This document shows, piece after piece, positions 29,898 to 37,264 of a stretch of 64,000 bases of DNA. The notes beneath the pieces were generated by a model, which saw only the letters and a program-made list of their open reading frames with translations, had not been told where the DNA came from and did no database searches. Location: the NCBI GenBank assembly GCA_905233745.1, contig CAJODA010000003.1:19576-83575 (forward strand). Direction: 5' to 3'. Each line of letters begins with the position of its first letter. Positions within the stretch are counted from its first letter, which is position 1. Both the position numbers and the translations under genes were made by a program. The stretch is from an uncultured Bacteroidales bacterium (GTDB lineage Bacteria > Bacteroidota > Bacteroidia > Bacteroidales > WCHB1-69).

Positions 29898-30812
29898 TTA
29901 CAAAATAATCATTTTTTCTTTGATTTTTTTTGCAAATGAGGTGTTGGCGAAGTGTCCGGGACGATTGGCGACAATCTCTGCCTGTAGCGGGAACCCCAAT
30001 AAATAGAGGTCTCCGATGAGATCGAGAAGCTTGTGCCGGGCCGGTTCGTTATTATGTCGCATCGTGATATTATTCAGGATATGATTGGCCGTAACCTTGA
30101 TATCTTTCTTGTTGAAAAACAGGGCGAGTTCCTTCAAGACGGATTTTTCGGGAATGGTGTCCACGAAAACGATGGCGTTGTCCACATCTCCTCCGCGGAT
30201 GAGGTTGTTGTGGATGAGGAACTGCAGTTCGTTGAGGAACACAAAAGTGCGGCAGTTATACACATCGGGATAGAAATCCTCCAGATTGTTCAGGACAGCC
30301 TGTTGTTGGGCGAGGACTTTGGTGCCGTAATCCACGTTGACGGTCATTTTGAAATGGTCGGCAGGGCGGATGGTAAGTTCGACTTGCTGTTCAGGGATGG
30401 AGAAGGTGATCTCCTCATTCACTGTGGCGTAATGGCGAGGGGTGTCCAGTTCCTTGAGTCCCACTTCTTTGATAAGTTCCACATAAACTCTTGAGCTGCC
30501 GTCCAGGATAGGCGTTTCGGCTCCCATCATTTTCACGAGCACATTGTCGAGCGACAGGCCGGCGAGGGCTGCCATCAGGTGTTCTATGGTGTGCACTTCA
30601 GCCTCGCCATCCTTGATGGCGGTGCCGCGCGAGGTGTCGAACACGTTCTCCGGAATGGCCTTTACTACGGGGTTGCCCGGAAGGTCAATGCGCATGAACT
30701 GGATACCAAAATCGGCAGGTGCCGGTTCTAAGGTGACGGTCACTTGTTGTCCCGTGTGTAGTCCTTTTCCCGATATGGATACCGGGGAAGCAATGGTGTT
30801 TTGGAAATTCAT
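29898..30812 (-). CDS. lpxC: UDP-3-O-acyl-N-acetylglucosamine deacetylase, stand-alone (no FabZ domain)
   Basis: 304 aa. MNFQNTIASPVSISGKGLHTG..., HTIEHLMAAL and ILDGSS are LpxC signatures. The protein ends at the point where Bacteroidetes LpxC-FabZ fusions continue. Confidence 0.9.
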   Translation of the reverse strand: MNFQNTIASPVSISGKGLHTGQQVTVTLEPAPADFGIQFMRIDLPGNPVVKAIPENVFDTSRGTAIKDGEAEVHTIEHLMAALAGLSLDNVLVKMMGAETPILDGSSRVYVELIKEVGLKELDTPRHYATVNEEITFSIPEQQVELTIRPADHFKMTVNVDYGTKVLAQQQAVLNNLEDFYPDVYNCRTFVFLNELQFLIHNNLIRGGDVDNAIVFVDTIPEKSVLKELALFFNKKDIKVTANHILNNITMRHNNEPARHKLLDLIGDLYLLGFPLQAEIVANRPGHFANTSFAKKIKEKMIIL

Positions 30813-30848
30813 TATGTATGTGAGTTTTACAATGATTCTGATAGAAAG

Positions 30849-31862
30849 CTATTTGTCTGTAAGCTTGTTGACTTTCTGGAACAATTCGGGCAGTTTGCGA
30901 CGATAGACGATGAGTCGTTTTTCCTCGCTGAGGGGGATGGCGGGGTTGCCGAGGTACATGCCGCGTTTCAGGGAGTGGGAGACGCCAGCCTGTGCGCCCA
31001 CTACAGTGCCGTCGTCGAGGGAGATGTGCCCTGCCACGCCGGCCTGGCCTGCCAGAATGCAGTGCTTGCCCACTTTGGCGGAACCCGCGATGCCCACTTG
31101 TGCGGCCATGCCCGTGCCCTCGCCTACGGTGACGTTGTGCGCAATCTGCACCAGATTGTCAATCTTGACGTTGTCCTCAATCTTGGTGGAACCCATCGTG
31201 GCGCGATCGATGCAGGTATTGGCTCCGATCTCCACATTGTTGCCGATCACGACGTTGCCGATTTGAGGGATTTTAAGATATTGGCCGTCTTGAGCGGCGA
31301 ACCCGAACCCGTCGGCCCCGATGACCGCTCCTGCATGCAGGATGCAGTCATTGCCAATGATGCAGTCGGCATAGACTTTCACGCCGGAGTTCAGCGTGGT
31401 GCGGTCGCCCACCTTCACATTGTCGCCCAGGCACACTTGCGGGTAGATGCGCGCACCGTTGCCCACGACCACGTTCTCGCCGATGCTGGCGAACTCGCCG
31501 ATATAGACATTCTCGCCAATCTTGGCTGATGCGGCGATGCAGGCCTTGTCGGATATGCCGACCTTGGCGTGCTGCATCATGGTCTCCTGGTAGAAGTTCA
31601 GCAATTTGGCAAACGCCATGTAGGAGTTTTCCACCTTGATGAGCGTGCAGGGGACCTCTTGCTCCGGGGTGAAGTCACGGTTGACGATGGCTGCTGTAGC
31701 CTTGGTGTCATAAATATAATGTGTGTATTTGGGATTGGAAAGAAAAGTGAGCCCTCCAGGCACGCCCTCTTCAATTTTGCAGATGGTGGTGATTATGCCT
31801 TGAGGGTCGCCAACCACCTCTGCTGAAAGCAGTTCAGCAATCTGTGCTACAGTATATTTCAT
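30849..31862 (-). CDS. lpxD: UDP-3-O-acylglucosamine N-acyltransferase
   Basis: N-terminal LpxD domain ([12 protein letters not shown]...) followed by a long run of hexapeptide left-handed beta-helix repeats. The start is placed at the ATG at 31862. Confidence 0.9.
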   Translation of the reverse strand: MKYTVAQIAELLSAEVVGDPQGIITTICKIEEGVPGGLTFLSNPKYTHYIYDTKATAAIVNRDFTPEQEVPCTLIKVENSYMAFAKLLNFYQETMMQHAKVGISDKACIAASAKIGENVYIGEFASIGENVVVGNGARIYPQVCLGDNVKVGDRTTLNSGVKVYADCIIGNDCILHAGAVIGADGFGFAAQDGQYLKIPQIGNVVIGNNVEIGANTCIDRATMGSTKIEDNVKIDNLVQIAHNVTVGEGTGMAAQVGIAGSAKVGKHCILAGQAGVAGHISLDDGTVVGAQAGVSHSLKRGMYLGNPAIPLSEEKRLIVYRRKLPELFQKVNKLTDK

Positions 31863-31950
31863 TGGCATCGAATTTGGCGGCAAAGATACATAATTTTGGG
31901 ACATGGGGGTGAAGTGGTAAAACGGAATATGGTGAAGGGATGAGGTTGTA

Positions 31951-31972
31951 GAGACGCAAAATTTTGCGTCTC
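31951..31972. repeat. perfect 22-bp palindrome gagacgcaaaattttgcgtctc (AGACGCAA...TTGCGTCT hairpin family)
   Basis: Read directly from the sequence. It lies in the divergent region between lpxD and tRNA-Ser. Confidence 0.8.
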
Positions 31973-32058
31973 AAAGAATGAGATAAAAAAATATTTCCGG
32001 GTAATACGGGATAATGAAAAAAAGTGTATTTTTGCCGCCGATTTCAAAAACGAAACCC

Positions 32059-32148
32059 GGAGAGGTGGGTGAGTGGCTGAAACCAACAGTTTGCTAAACT
32101 GTCGATGGGGAAACCTATCCGCGAGTTCGAATCTCGCCCTCTCCGCCA
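32059..32148 (+). tRNA. tRNA-Ser (anticodon GCT)
   Basis: Acceptor stem ggagagg / cctctcc. Anticodon loop tt-gct-aa within cagtttgctaaactg. Long variable arm (gtcgatggggaaacctatccgc). T-arm gcgagttcgaatctcgc. Encoded CCA end. Confidence 0.9.
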
Positions 32149-32153
32149 CTTAC

Positions 32154-32184
32154 AGAGACGCAATGCAATGCGTCTCTTTTTTTT
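32154..32184 (+). terminator. rho-independent terminator after tRNA-Ser (same hairpin family)
   Basis: Stem agagacgca / tgcgtctct, 6-nt loop, then 7 T. Confidence 0.65.
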
Positions 32185-32240
32185 GTGCCCGGCCAGCACT
32201 CAATGAGACGAATCTCTCCCGCGATGCGCTCCTACAACAT

Positions 32241-32340
32241 CCGTGTGTCGCGCGCCGCGATCCCGCGCGCATGTCCGCCCATTCCCCAGGGTGGCGGCAC
32301 CCGTGCCGTGTGCCTTGCCCCGGGCGGGTGGTGCGTCGGA
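32241..32340. repeat. GC-rich element, internally deleted relic copy
   Basis: It matches the left module of the full copies (gtgtgtcgcgcgccgcga.cccgcgcgcat...ggtggcggcacccgtgccgtgtgcctt). It then joins directly to a right-module piece (gggcgggtggtgcgt), skipping about 270 bp. Confidence 0.7.
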
Positions 32341-32413
32341 AAATGTTGTAAAAAAACACGTGGATTAAAACATGGTGAGATGATTTTTTTGTGGATAATA
32401 TCTTGAAAAATTA

Positions 32414-32421
32414 TATATTTG
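32414..32421 (+). promoter_or_regulatory. -7 promoter box TATATTTG
   Basis: TAnnTTTG match 35 nt upstream of the ATG at 32456. Confidence 0.45.
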
Positions 32422-32455
32422 CAAATCAAAACAATTCCAATAAATTTATCACATT

Positions 32456-32944
32456 ATGAAAAAAATATCCATTATTGTTTTTGGCCTGCTGCTCATTCAA
32501 GGCGTATGTGCGCAGCAGTTTGTCGTTCCCGAAATTCCCGGTGATATTGAGAAATCCGAATACACCAATTACACCCAGGATGCCATGAATTGCATAGATT
32601 GGCTGATGTCCAATTCGCCGACTGCCGAGCAGCGCAAAGATGTGGCTTCGTATGCGCTCTGGTGGATTGTCGGCACACCAGATGTACACATGAAACTCAA
32701 TACCAATGTCATAAAATTTGAAGATGAAAATCTGCTGTTGATTTTTCTTTCAGGCTGGGCACAATATGCCATTCGCAACCAGGATGACGATTCGGTGAAT
32801 GGTTGTTATGCAGGTGTAGAGGCGGCAATCAGTTATTACGAGCAATATAAGAAGGAGCTCTCAAAAGACAAGGGCGTGGAGAACTTCATCAAGATGAAGA
32901 ACAAAGGGACACTGAAAAGCTATATTGCGAAGTCGATGCAATAG
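32456..32944 (+). CDS. hypothetical secreted protein
   Basis: 162 aa with signal peptide MKKISIIVFGLLLIQGVCAQQ. AT-rich relative to the flanking GC-rich repeats. No motif recognised. Confidence 0.6.
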   Translation: MKKISIIVFGLLLIQGVCAQQFVVPEIPGDIEKSEYTNYTQDAMNCIDWLMSNSPTAEQRKDVASYALWWIVGTPDVHMKLNTNVIKFEDENLLLIFLSGWAQYAIRNQDDDSVNGCYAGVEAAISYYEQYKKELSKDKGVENFIKMKNKGTLKSYIAKSMQ

Positions 32945-32950
32945 CTGTTT

Positions 32951-33169
32951 CACACCGCGAAAGCGGCGGAACCCCCATCGTTAACCAACGCACAGCCAGC
33001 GGCGGAACCCCCATGGTTAACCAACGCGCTGTCCACGGCGGACCCCAAGACCCCGTCAGGGGTCAAAGCTCGGTAGCCGGGGATGCAATCCCCGGGCGGG
33101 TGGTGCGTTGGGTAATGTCCGCGGCGCAGGTGTCGATTGCGATGAAACATGCAGCGTGCCGCCGCGAAA
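32951..33169. repeat. GC-rich MITE-like element, 5-prime-truncated copy
   Basis: Starts inside the 36-bp subrepeat module (units from 32963 and 32999) and ends with the right inverted repeat ccgccgcgaaa (33159-33169). Confidence 0.7.
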
Positions 33170-33198
33170 CGCAATGTCGTGCGATGTTGCAATATGGT

Positions 33199-33268
33199 GT
33201 TTTTTATACCAGCTGGATACGACTTAACTCTTCGGAAAAGCGCCGGATACCATCTTGGATTCGTTGGA
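33199..33268 (-). pseudogene. duplicated 3-prime fragment of hicB
   Basis: Encodes ...QRIQDGIRRFSEELSRIQLV plus a stop, nearly identical to the C-terminus of the intact hicB at 33676-33740. There is no 5-prime part. Confidence 0.7.
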
Positions 33269-33271
33269 TTG

Positions 33272-33641
33272 ATTTCGCGGCGGGTTTGTTCCGTGCCCTG
33301 GTGCACGTGTGTCGCGCGCCGCGACCCCGCGCGCATCTCCGCCCATTCCCCGGGGTGGCGGCACCCGTGCCGTGTGCCTTACCCCGGGCTACCGAGCCCG
33401 GCAGACCTACGGCCTGCACCATTCCGCCGCCGGAGGCGGCGGAACCCCCAAGTAAACCCACTGGCTGTCCACAGCGGAACCCCCATCGTTAACCACCGCA
33501 CTGTCATTGGAGGAATCCATGACCCCGTCAGGGGTCAAAGCTTGGTAGCCGGGGATGCAATCCCCGGTAGGGTGGTGCGTTGGGTGATGATCGCGGCGCA
33601 GGTGTCGATTGCGATGAAACATGCAGCGTGCCGCCGCGAAA
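33272..33641. repeat. GC-rich MITE-like element, full copy (about 370 bp)
   Basis: Bounded by the inverted repeats atttcgcggcgg (33272-33283) and ccgccgcgaaa (33631-33641). Internal hairpins include ttccgccgcc-gga-ggcggcggaa, gacccc-gtca-ggggtc and ccgggga-tgcaa-tccccgg. Confidence 0.75.
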
Positions 33642-33675
33642 CGCAATGTCGTGCGATGTTGCAATATGGTGTTTT

Positions 33676-34065
33676 TTATACCAACTGGATATGACTTAAT
33701 TCTTCGGAAAAGCGCCGGATGCCATCCTGGATTCGTTGGACAGTTTTATGAGATGGACGGCTTTGTCCTGTGGCATAATGACTGAGTTGATGGCGGTTGA
33801 TGCCCGTGATGGTCTGCAGATCGGCAAGGTTCAAGCGGCCGCTTATATGCTGTAAAAAACTGGCGGTGTCAAATCTGTACTCAAATGACATTTCTGGCAG
33901 GGAAGGCATATACTCGCGAGCCTCTTTGTATGAATTCTCCAAATCCGACATGGTTTCGGCTACAGTGCACCCCATGCCAATGAATCCTATTTTATGTTTG
34001 TGTTGCGGAACAGCGGTATAACTGCCGTCATTGTTCCGTTCAATTATTACAGTGATTATTTCCAT
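33676..34065 (-). CDS. hicB: HicB-family antitoxin with a C-terminal XRE-type HTH
   Basis: 129 aa. N-terminal MEIITVIIERNNDGSYTA (HicB/UPF0150-like fold). C-terminal LQTITGINRHQLSHYATGQSRP resembles an HTH. Located 8 nt downstream of hicA. Confidence 0.75.
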   Translation of the reverse strand: MEIITVIIERNNDGSYTAVPQHKHKIGFIGMGCTVAETMSDLENSYKEAREYMPSLPEMSFEYRFDTASFLQHISGRLNLADLQTITGINRHQLSHYATGQSRPSHKTVQRIQDGIRRFSEELSHIQLV

Positions 34066-34073
34066 ACTACTAA

Positions 34074-34265
34074 TTATTTCAAATCAATACCAGATTGCAT
34101 CTTCACATACTTGAGCAATTCTTTGCCGACATCGGCAGTGGAATGTCGTGGAATCTGAAAACGTTGTTGAGTGACAGGACTCCACCACCATTCATGATTT
34201 TTCCCTTCACCAACATGACAGCAACCAAATGCCTTCAGTTTCTTTTTTAATTCATTAATCTTCAT
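34074..34265 (-). CDS. hicA: HicA-family mRNA interferase toxin
   Basis: MKINELKKKLKAFGCCHVGEGKNHEWWWSP...IPRH....GKELLKYVKMQSGI matches the HicA/YcfA pattern. The start is set to the ATG at 34265. Confidence 0.75.
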   Translation of the reverse strand: MKINELKKKLKAFGCCHVGEGKNHEWWWSPVTQQRFQIPRHSTADVGKELLKYVKMQSGIDLK

Positions 34266-34288
34266 GGTCAATTTTGGTTTCAAGTGTG

Positions 34289-34296
34289 CAAAGATA
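34289..34296 (-). promoter_or_regulatory. -7 promoter box TATCTTTG for hicAB
   Basis: The reverse complement of caaagata is TATCTTTG, 24 nt upstream of the hicA ATG. Confidence 0.45.
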
Positions 34297-34368
34297 CACA
34301 TTTATATATTATGTTCAATATACAAATGAATATTTTTTTAATTTATTCCGCCATTCGCCGGCATCTGT

Positions 34369-34739
34369 ATTTCGCGGCGGGTCCGTTCCGTGCCCTGGCG
34401 CATGTGTGTCGCGCGCCGCGACCCCGCGCGCATGCACGCCCACACCCGGGGTGGCGGCACCCGTGCCGTGTGCCTTGCCCTGGGCTACCGAGCCCGGCAG
34501 ACCTACGGCCTGCACCATTCCGCCGCCGGAGGCGGCGGAACCTCCAAGGTTAACCAATATGCTGACCGCGGCGGACCCCCCACCGTTAACCAATGCACAG
34601 CCTGCGGCGGAACCCAAGACCCCGTCAGGGGTCAAAGCTTGGTAGCCGGGGATGCAATCCCCGGTAGGGTGGTGCGTTGGGTAATGTCCGCGGCGCAAGT
34701 GTCGATTGCGATGGAATACGCAACGTGCCGCCGCGAAAT
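34369..34739. repeat. GC-rich MITE-like element, full copy (371 bp)
   Basis: Perfect 12-bp terminal inverted repeats atttcgcggcgg (34369-34380) and ccgccgcgaaat (34728-34739). Colinear with the copy at 33272-33641. Confidence 0.75.
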
Positions 34740-34761
34740 GCAATGGCGTGATTTAAGATTT

Positions 34762-34851
34762 TTAATTGTTCCCGACAGGGGGAATTCCCAGTTGTTTGCA
34801 GATTTTCTTCGCCAGAATGTCATCTATGTCGTTGTGGAGTGGGATGACAGC
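34762..34851 (-). pseudogene. HicA/YcfA-like toxin remnant (C-terminal about 29 codons only)
   Basis: This frame reads ...AVIPLHNDIDDILAKKICKQLGIPPVGNN plus a stop, a typical HicA C-terminus. Upstream the frame is closed by stops, so the N-terminal half is missing. Confidence 0.45.
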
Positions 34852-34999
34852 ATTCAATAACAAGCTCGATGGCCTCTTTCATATTATCCATGAGCTCATC
34901 TAAAGTGTTTCCCTGGCTTAAAGCTTCGGGCCGTTGGGAGCATTGTCCGATGTAAACGCCTGTTTCAGGATTCTTTTCGATAATGATACTATATTCCAT
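34820..34999 (-). CDS. short HicB/UPF0150-like antitoxin (59 aa; below the ORF-track length cutoff)
   Basis: MEYSIIIEKNPETGVYIGQCSQRPEALSQGNTLDELMDNMKEAIELVIE... matches the small HicB family pattern. The tail (CCHPTPQRHR) looks aberrant and overlaps the toxin remnant in another frame. Confidence 0.5.
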   Translation of the reverse strand: MEYSIIIEKNPETGVYIGQCSQRPEALSQGNTLDELMDNMKEAIELVIECCHPTPQRHR

Positions 35000-35028
35000 A
35001 TTGTTTTCTTTTAATCGTATTTACGCTG

Positions 35029-35036
35029 CAAAGATA
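35029..35036 (-). promoter_or_regulatory. -7 promoter box TATCTTTG for the short HicB-like ORF
   Basis: The reverse complement of caaagata, 30 nt upstream of the ATG at 34999. Confidence 0.4.
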
Positions 35037-35192
35037 TATTTTTTTTCAAAAACCCTCTCTGCCATTATGTCAGTGGAACCCCATAGTCAATTTTTGGCAC
35101 GGTTGTTGTTTTATGTCTCCCGTCGTCTTGGATTAAAATGATCCGGGATGCGCGTAACAAACAGAAATAATAACAATTAAATATTTATCAAA

Positions 35193-37142
35193 ATGGGAAA
35201 AATCATTGGAATTGACTTAGGAACTACAAACTCTTGCGTCTCCGTCATGGAAGGCAACGAGCCGGTTGTGATACCGAACAGCGAAGGCAGAAGAACCACC
35301 CCCTCTATCGTGGCTTTCGTCGGTAATAATGAACGTAAGGTCGGTGACCCTGCCAAACGTCAGGCCATCACCAACCCCAACAAGACCATCTTCTCCATCA
35401 AGCGTTTCATGGGCGAGACCTACGACCGCGTGGTGAAAGAGGTGGAGCGCGTGCCCTATACGGTGGAACGCACCGCTAACAACATGCCGAAAGTGAAGAT
35501 TGACGACCGCTCCTACACCGCTCAGGAAATCTCCGCCATGATTCTTCAAAAGATGAAGAAGACAGCTGAAGACTACCTCGGACAGGAAGTCACGGAAGCC
35601 GTCATCACCGTGCCGGCTTACTTCAGCGACTCACAGCGCCAGGCCACCAAAGAGGCTGGCGAGATTGCAGGCCTTACGGTGAAACGTATCATCAACGAAC
35701 CTACCGCAGCTGCTCTGGCATACGGTCTGGACAAGAAGAAATCCGACTCCAAAGTGGCCGTGTTCGACCTCGGTGGCGGTACCTTCGATATCTCTATCCT
35801 GGAACTCGGCGACGGCGTGTTCGAGGTGAAATCCACCAACGGTGACACCCACCTCGGCGGCGACGACTTCGACCACAAGATCATCGACTGGCTGGCCAAC
35901 GAGTTCATGAAGGATTACAATGTGGACTTGCGCAAGGATGCCATGGCATTGCAGCGTTTGAAAGAGGCTGCCGAGAAGGCCAAGATAGAACTCTCCAGCT
36001 CCAACTCCACGGAAATCAACCTGCCGTACATCATGCCGATCGACGGTGTGCCGCAACACTTGGTGCGCACGTTGACCCGTGCCCAGTTCGAGCAACTGTG
36101 CGACGACCTGATTCGCGCCACCATCGAGCCCTGCAAGAAAGCGTTGTCTGACGCTGGCTACACCACCTCCGACATTGACGAGGTGATCCTCGTGGGCGGT
36201 TCCACCCGTATCCCTGCTATTCAGGAAATCGTGGAGAAATTCTTCGGCAAGACCCCGTCCAAGGGCGTGAATCCTGACGAAGTGGTGGCTATCGGTGCCG
36301 CTATCCAAGGCGGTGTGCTCACCGGCGAGGTGAAAGACATCCTCCTGCTGGATGTGACTCCGCTGTCACTCGGTCTGGAAACCCTCGGCGGTGTGATGAC
36401 CAAGCTCATCGAGAGCAACACCACCATCCCGACCAAGAAGACGGAAACGTTCACCACGGCTGTTGATAACCAGACCTCTGTGGAGATTCACGTGCTCCAG
36501 GGCGAGCGTCCGATGGCTGCACAGAACAAGAGCATCGGTCGTTTCCACCTCGATGGCATTCCTGCCGCAATGCGTGGCGTGCCGCAAATCGAAGTCACCT
36601 TCGACATCGACACCAACGGTATCTTGAGCGTGACTGCCAAGGACAAGGCTTCCGGCAAGGAGCAGAAGATCCGTATCGAAGCCTCTTCCGGCTTGAGCGA
36701 TGATGAAATCAAGCGCATGAAGGCCGAGGCTGAAGCCAACGCCGATGCCGACCGCAAGGCCAAGGAGGAAATCGACAAGTTGAACGCAGCTGATTCACTG
36801 GTGTTCACCACGGAGAAACAGCTGAAAGAATTCGGCGACAAGGTTCCTGCTGACGACCGTGCCAAGATTGAGGCTGCTGCCGCCAAACTGAAAACCGCGC
36901 ACGACAACAAGGACTTCGCTGGCATCGACGCTGCCACGGCTGAGTTGCAGGGCGCATGGCAGGCCGCTTCCGCCAAGATGTACCAACAGGGCGGCGGTGC
37001 CAATCCGCAAGACCCGTTCGGAGCCAATGGTCCGTTCAACGGAGCCAACCCGGGCGCCGGCGCACAGGGCCCTCAGGGTGGAAACCCTAACAACGGTAAC
37101 GACGGAGAGGTCCAGGATGTGGACTTTGAGGAGGTGAAATAA
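35193..37142 (+). CDS. dnaK: molecular chaperone DnaK (Hsp70)
   Basis: 649 aa containing [17 protein letters not shown] and [10 protein letters not shown]. Confidence 0.97.
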   Translation: MGKIIGIDLGTTNSCVSVMEGNEPVVIPNSEGRRTTPSIVAFVGNNERKVGDPAKRQAITNPNKTIFSIKRFMGETYDRVVKEVERVPYTVERTANNMPKVKIDDRSYTAQEISAMILQKMKKTAEDYLGQEVTEAVITVPAYFSDSQRQATKEAGEIAGLTVKRIINEPTAAALAYGLDKKKSDSKVAVFDLGGGTFDISILELGDGVFEVKSTNGDTHLGGDDFDHKIIDWLANEFMKDYNVDLRKDAMALQRLKEAAEKAKIELSSSNSTEINLPYIMPIDGVPQHLVRTLTRAQFEQLCDDLIRATIEPCKKALSDAGYTTSDIDEVILVGGSTRIPAIQEIVEKFFGKTPSKGVNPDEVVAIGAAIQGGVLTGEVKDILLLDVTPLSLGLETLGGVMTKLIESNTTIPTKKTETFTTAVDNQTSVEIHVLQGERPMAAQNKSIGRFHLDGIPAAMRGVPQIEVTFDIDTNGILSVTAKDKASGKEQKIRIEASSGLSDDEIKRMKAEAEANADADRKAKEEIDKLNAADSLVFTTEKQLKEFGDKVPADDRAKIEAAAAKLKTAHDNKDFAGIDAATAELQGAWQAASAKMYQQGGGANPQDPFGANGPFNGANPGAGAQGPQGGNPNNGNDGEVQDVDFEEVK

Positions 37143-37164
37143 GACACCCCAAAACACATAATCG

Positions 37165-37203
37165 AAAAAAAGGTGCTGACCACGAGTCAGCACCTTTTTT
37201 GTT
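37165..37203 (+). terminator. rho-independent terminator after dnaK, potentially bidirectional
   Basis: Stem ggtgctgac / gtcagcacc (37172-37180 and 37186-37194), preceded by an A-run and followed by a T-run. Confidence 0.7.
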
Positions 37204-37264
37204 GTCTACACCAAAACCATATTTATGTTGTTTTGTTCATCTGTAGAGACGGGGCGCGCCTCGC

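Noticed and set aside
32950-34860. Multiple overlapping ORFs of 85-180 aa on both strands across the GC-rich elements (for example 33013-33492, 33149-33694, 34315-34743 and 34390-34860)
   Set aside because: They overlap each other in several frames and are Arg/Pro/Ala/Gly-rich, as expected from stop-poor GC-rich DNA. They are duplicated only because the DNA repeat is duplicated. No start context or motif supports them.
32150-35000. Integron-type cassette array with the GC-rich elements acting as attC sites
   Set aside because: No integron integrase or attI is present. At about 370 bp the elements are far longer than typical attC sites, and the GTTAACC words do not match the GTTRRRY core well. 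The idea is kept only as a loose analogy in the finding.
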